From a virus (Duplodnaviria > Caudoviricetes), in the IMG/VR virus record IMGVR_UViG_3300017548_000019, positions 1-24,212 of that record: a stretch of 24,212 bases of DNA. One strand, written 5' to 3'. The notes under the pieces were generated by a model. The model had not been told where the DNA came from and searched no databases. It worked only from the letters and a program-made list of their open reading frames with translations. Positions 22,837-24,212 of this stretch are shown here, piece by piece. Both the position numbers and the translations under genes were made by a program. Each line of letters begins with the position of its first letter. Position 1 is the first letter of the stretch.

Positions 22837-23013
22837 ATGAAGCTCACGCACCGGCCTCTCACCGCCCTCGAACGTCGCAACGTCGACGCGGTCTCCGCAC
22901 TGCTCGCCGAGAATGATCGGCTGCGTGAGCGTGTTGCGAACCGCAACCTGGTCATTGTCGTGCTGTGCCTGTTCGGCATGGTCACGAGCATCCTCCTGGC
23001 GGTGTCCGCATGA
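22837..23013 (+). CDS. Small protein with a C-terminal TM helix, 58 aa (not in ORF track)
   Basis: GGGAG RBS; MKLTHRPLTALERR...LVIVVLCLFGMVTSILLAVSA; ATGA coupling downstream. Confidence 0.7.
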   Translation: MKLTHRPLTALERRNVDAVSALLAENDRLRERVANRNLVIVVLCLFGMVTSILLAVSA

Positions 23014-23246
23014 GCGAGCGTGACGAGCTGCTCGACATCATCCGCGACGCGCGCTTGTTCGTCATCGACTATCACGCGACGAGCCTGGACGTTGGCGCTG
23101 AATTGGCAGCGGAATCGCTGCTCGCGCGCATGGAAGCCGTGCTGCCGCCTCTTCCACTGCCGCCACCACCACCACCGATCTGTGACACCCCTTACTGCGG
23201 CCAACCGAAAGGCCACGAAGGGAAGTGCTACGAATTTCCATTTTGA
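23010..23246 (+). CDS. Hypothetical protein with a polyproline linker and C-x4-C-x5-H-x3-C tail, 78 aa
   Basis: ATGA-coupled start at 23010. Confidence 0.7.
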   Translation: MSERDELLDIIRDARLFVIDYHATSLDVGAELAAESLLARMEAVLPPLPLPPPPPPICDTPYCGQPKGHEGKCYEFPF

Positions 23247-23258
23247 AAGAGCGAGGAC

Positions 23259-23885
23259 ATGAGCGAAGCAATCCAAGCATTTCCGTTGCAGTGGCCGGTC
23301 GGCTGGCGGCGGACGCCGAGTTACCAGCGCACCAGCGCAAAGTTTCGGAGAAAGAGCAGCAGCCACGATGACCGCCTGAACGTCGGTCAGGGTGCCGAGC
23401 GCGTCTACCGCGAACTCCGCGCGATGGGCATCGCCGAGAGCAAGATCATCATTTCCTCTGATCTCCGCTTGCGGCTCGACGGGAAGCCCTACGCAGATCA
23501 GGCCACTGGCCGCATGGATCCTGGCGTCGCTGTCTATTGGAGTGACGGCAATCAGCAGCGCTGCATGGCCGTGGATCGGTACGACCGCATAGCTGACAAC
23601 CTCGCGGCCGTCGCCGCCACCATCGAAGCGATGCGCTCGATCGAGCGCCACGGCGGCGCGACGATTCTCGACCGTGCATTCCAGGGATTCACCGCGCTCC
23701 CGGCGCCGGAATCATGGTGGCAGGTGCTCGGCCTCAAAGGACCGAACGCGTCGCGAGCCGATATCGAACAGGCTCACCGTCGACTGATCATGGATCATCA
23801 TCCGGACCGGCCCGGCGGCGACGTTGAGAAAGCCGCGCGCATCAACCGCGCTCGTGACCAGGGACTGGAGGCGAGCAATGTGTAA
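23259..23885 (+). CDS. Phage J-domain (DnaJ-like) protein
   Basis: C-terminal WWQVLGL...IEQAHRRL...HHPDRPGGD..KAARINRARD; N-terminal PLQWP.GW.RT, DPGVAVYW, DRY....DNL.A domain; GAGG RBS. Confidence 0.9.
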   Translation: MSEAIQAFPLQWPVGWRRTPSYQRTSAKFRRKSSSHDDRLNVGQGAERVYRELRAMGIAESKIIISSDLRLRLDGKPYADQATGRMDPGVAVYWSDGNQQRCMAVDRYDRIADNLAAVAATIEAMRSIERHGGATILDRAFQGFTALPAPESWWQVLGLKGPNASRADIEQAHRRLIMDHHPDRPGGDVEKAARINRARDQGLEASNV

Positions 23886-24212
23886 GTGCACCCCGAACGT
23901 GCGCACGCCGTTCTGCGGCAAGCCTGGATGCGAGGCACCGCTGCAGATCCCTACCTGGGAAGACTGCGCCGACAAGCTCAAGACCAGTGCGCCGGTGTCA
24001 GCGCTGGAAAGCTTCATCTACGACAACGAGCCCGCCGGCGGAGGGGAAGATCTATTTCGGTCGCAGCTCGCGGCAGCAATCGCCGGTGAGACCGCGCAGC
24101 TGCGCGACGAAGTGACGGCGCTGCAGGCCAGGTGCGCGGCTCAGCAGGAAGAGATCGAAGTCGCCGACAAGATCATCGCCGAGCGCAATCGGCTGCTTGA
24201 TGCCATTCCCCG
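23878..24212 (+). CDS. Hypothetical protein, truncated by the window end (not in ORF track)
   Basis: GGAGG RBS; MCKCTPNVRTPFCGKPGCEAP...ALESFIYDNEPAG...coiled coil; open to the end. Confidence 0.7.
   Translation, partial: MCKCTPNVRTPFCGKPGCEAPLQIPTWEDCADKLKTSAPVSALESFIYDNEPAGGGEDLFRSQLAAAIAGETAQLRDEVTALQARCAAQQEEIEVADKIIAERNRLLDAIP

Larger units (their letters stand above)
1..24212. mobile_element. Lambdoid temperate phage/prophage segment (packaging, late control, replication, immunity, early-left genes); both ends lie outside the window
   Basis: Gene order terS-terL-portal-head, Q, rep, cro/cI divergent switch, recombination genes; dense ATGA/GTGA-coupled small ORFs. Confidence 0.97.

Noticed and set aside
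22821-23651. 276-aa minus-strand ORF
   Set aside because: Antisense to three well-supported plus-strand genes; no motifs

Overview
GC-rich segment of a lambdoid-type temperate phage or prophage, probably of a Beta/Gammaproteobacterium (inferred from RdgC and general gene content). The window contains no integrase, att site, capsid gene or lysis cassette. A cI/cro switch sits at about 14.5-16.2 kb with five TAAAC-N5-GTTTA-type operators. The minus-strand early/late operon runs cro, cII-like, YdaU/DUF1376 replication initiator with an internal iteron origin, an RdgC-FtsK-gamma fusion, a VRR-NUC nuclease, a Q-like antiterminator, a higBA cassette, a candidate pR'/tR', terS, PBSX-type terL, a DUF1073-type portal and an SPP1 gp7-type head protein. 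The plus-strand early operon carries small ORFs, a putative SSAP/exonuclease/coiled-coil recombination module, a large orphan ParB and a J-domain protein. The most unusual element follows the minor head gene, where protease and capsid genes are normally expected. It is a five-gene cassette with two signal-peptide proteins (one a Gp80-like structural protein), a pectate-lyase-like beta-helix protein and a second large protein sharing a 20-aa Ala-rich 'IRLA' repeat. All family assignments come from motif recognition by eye; no database search was run.
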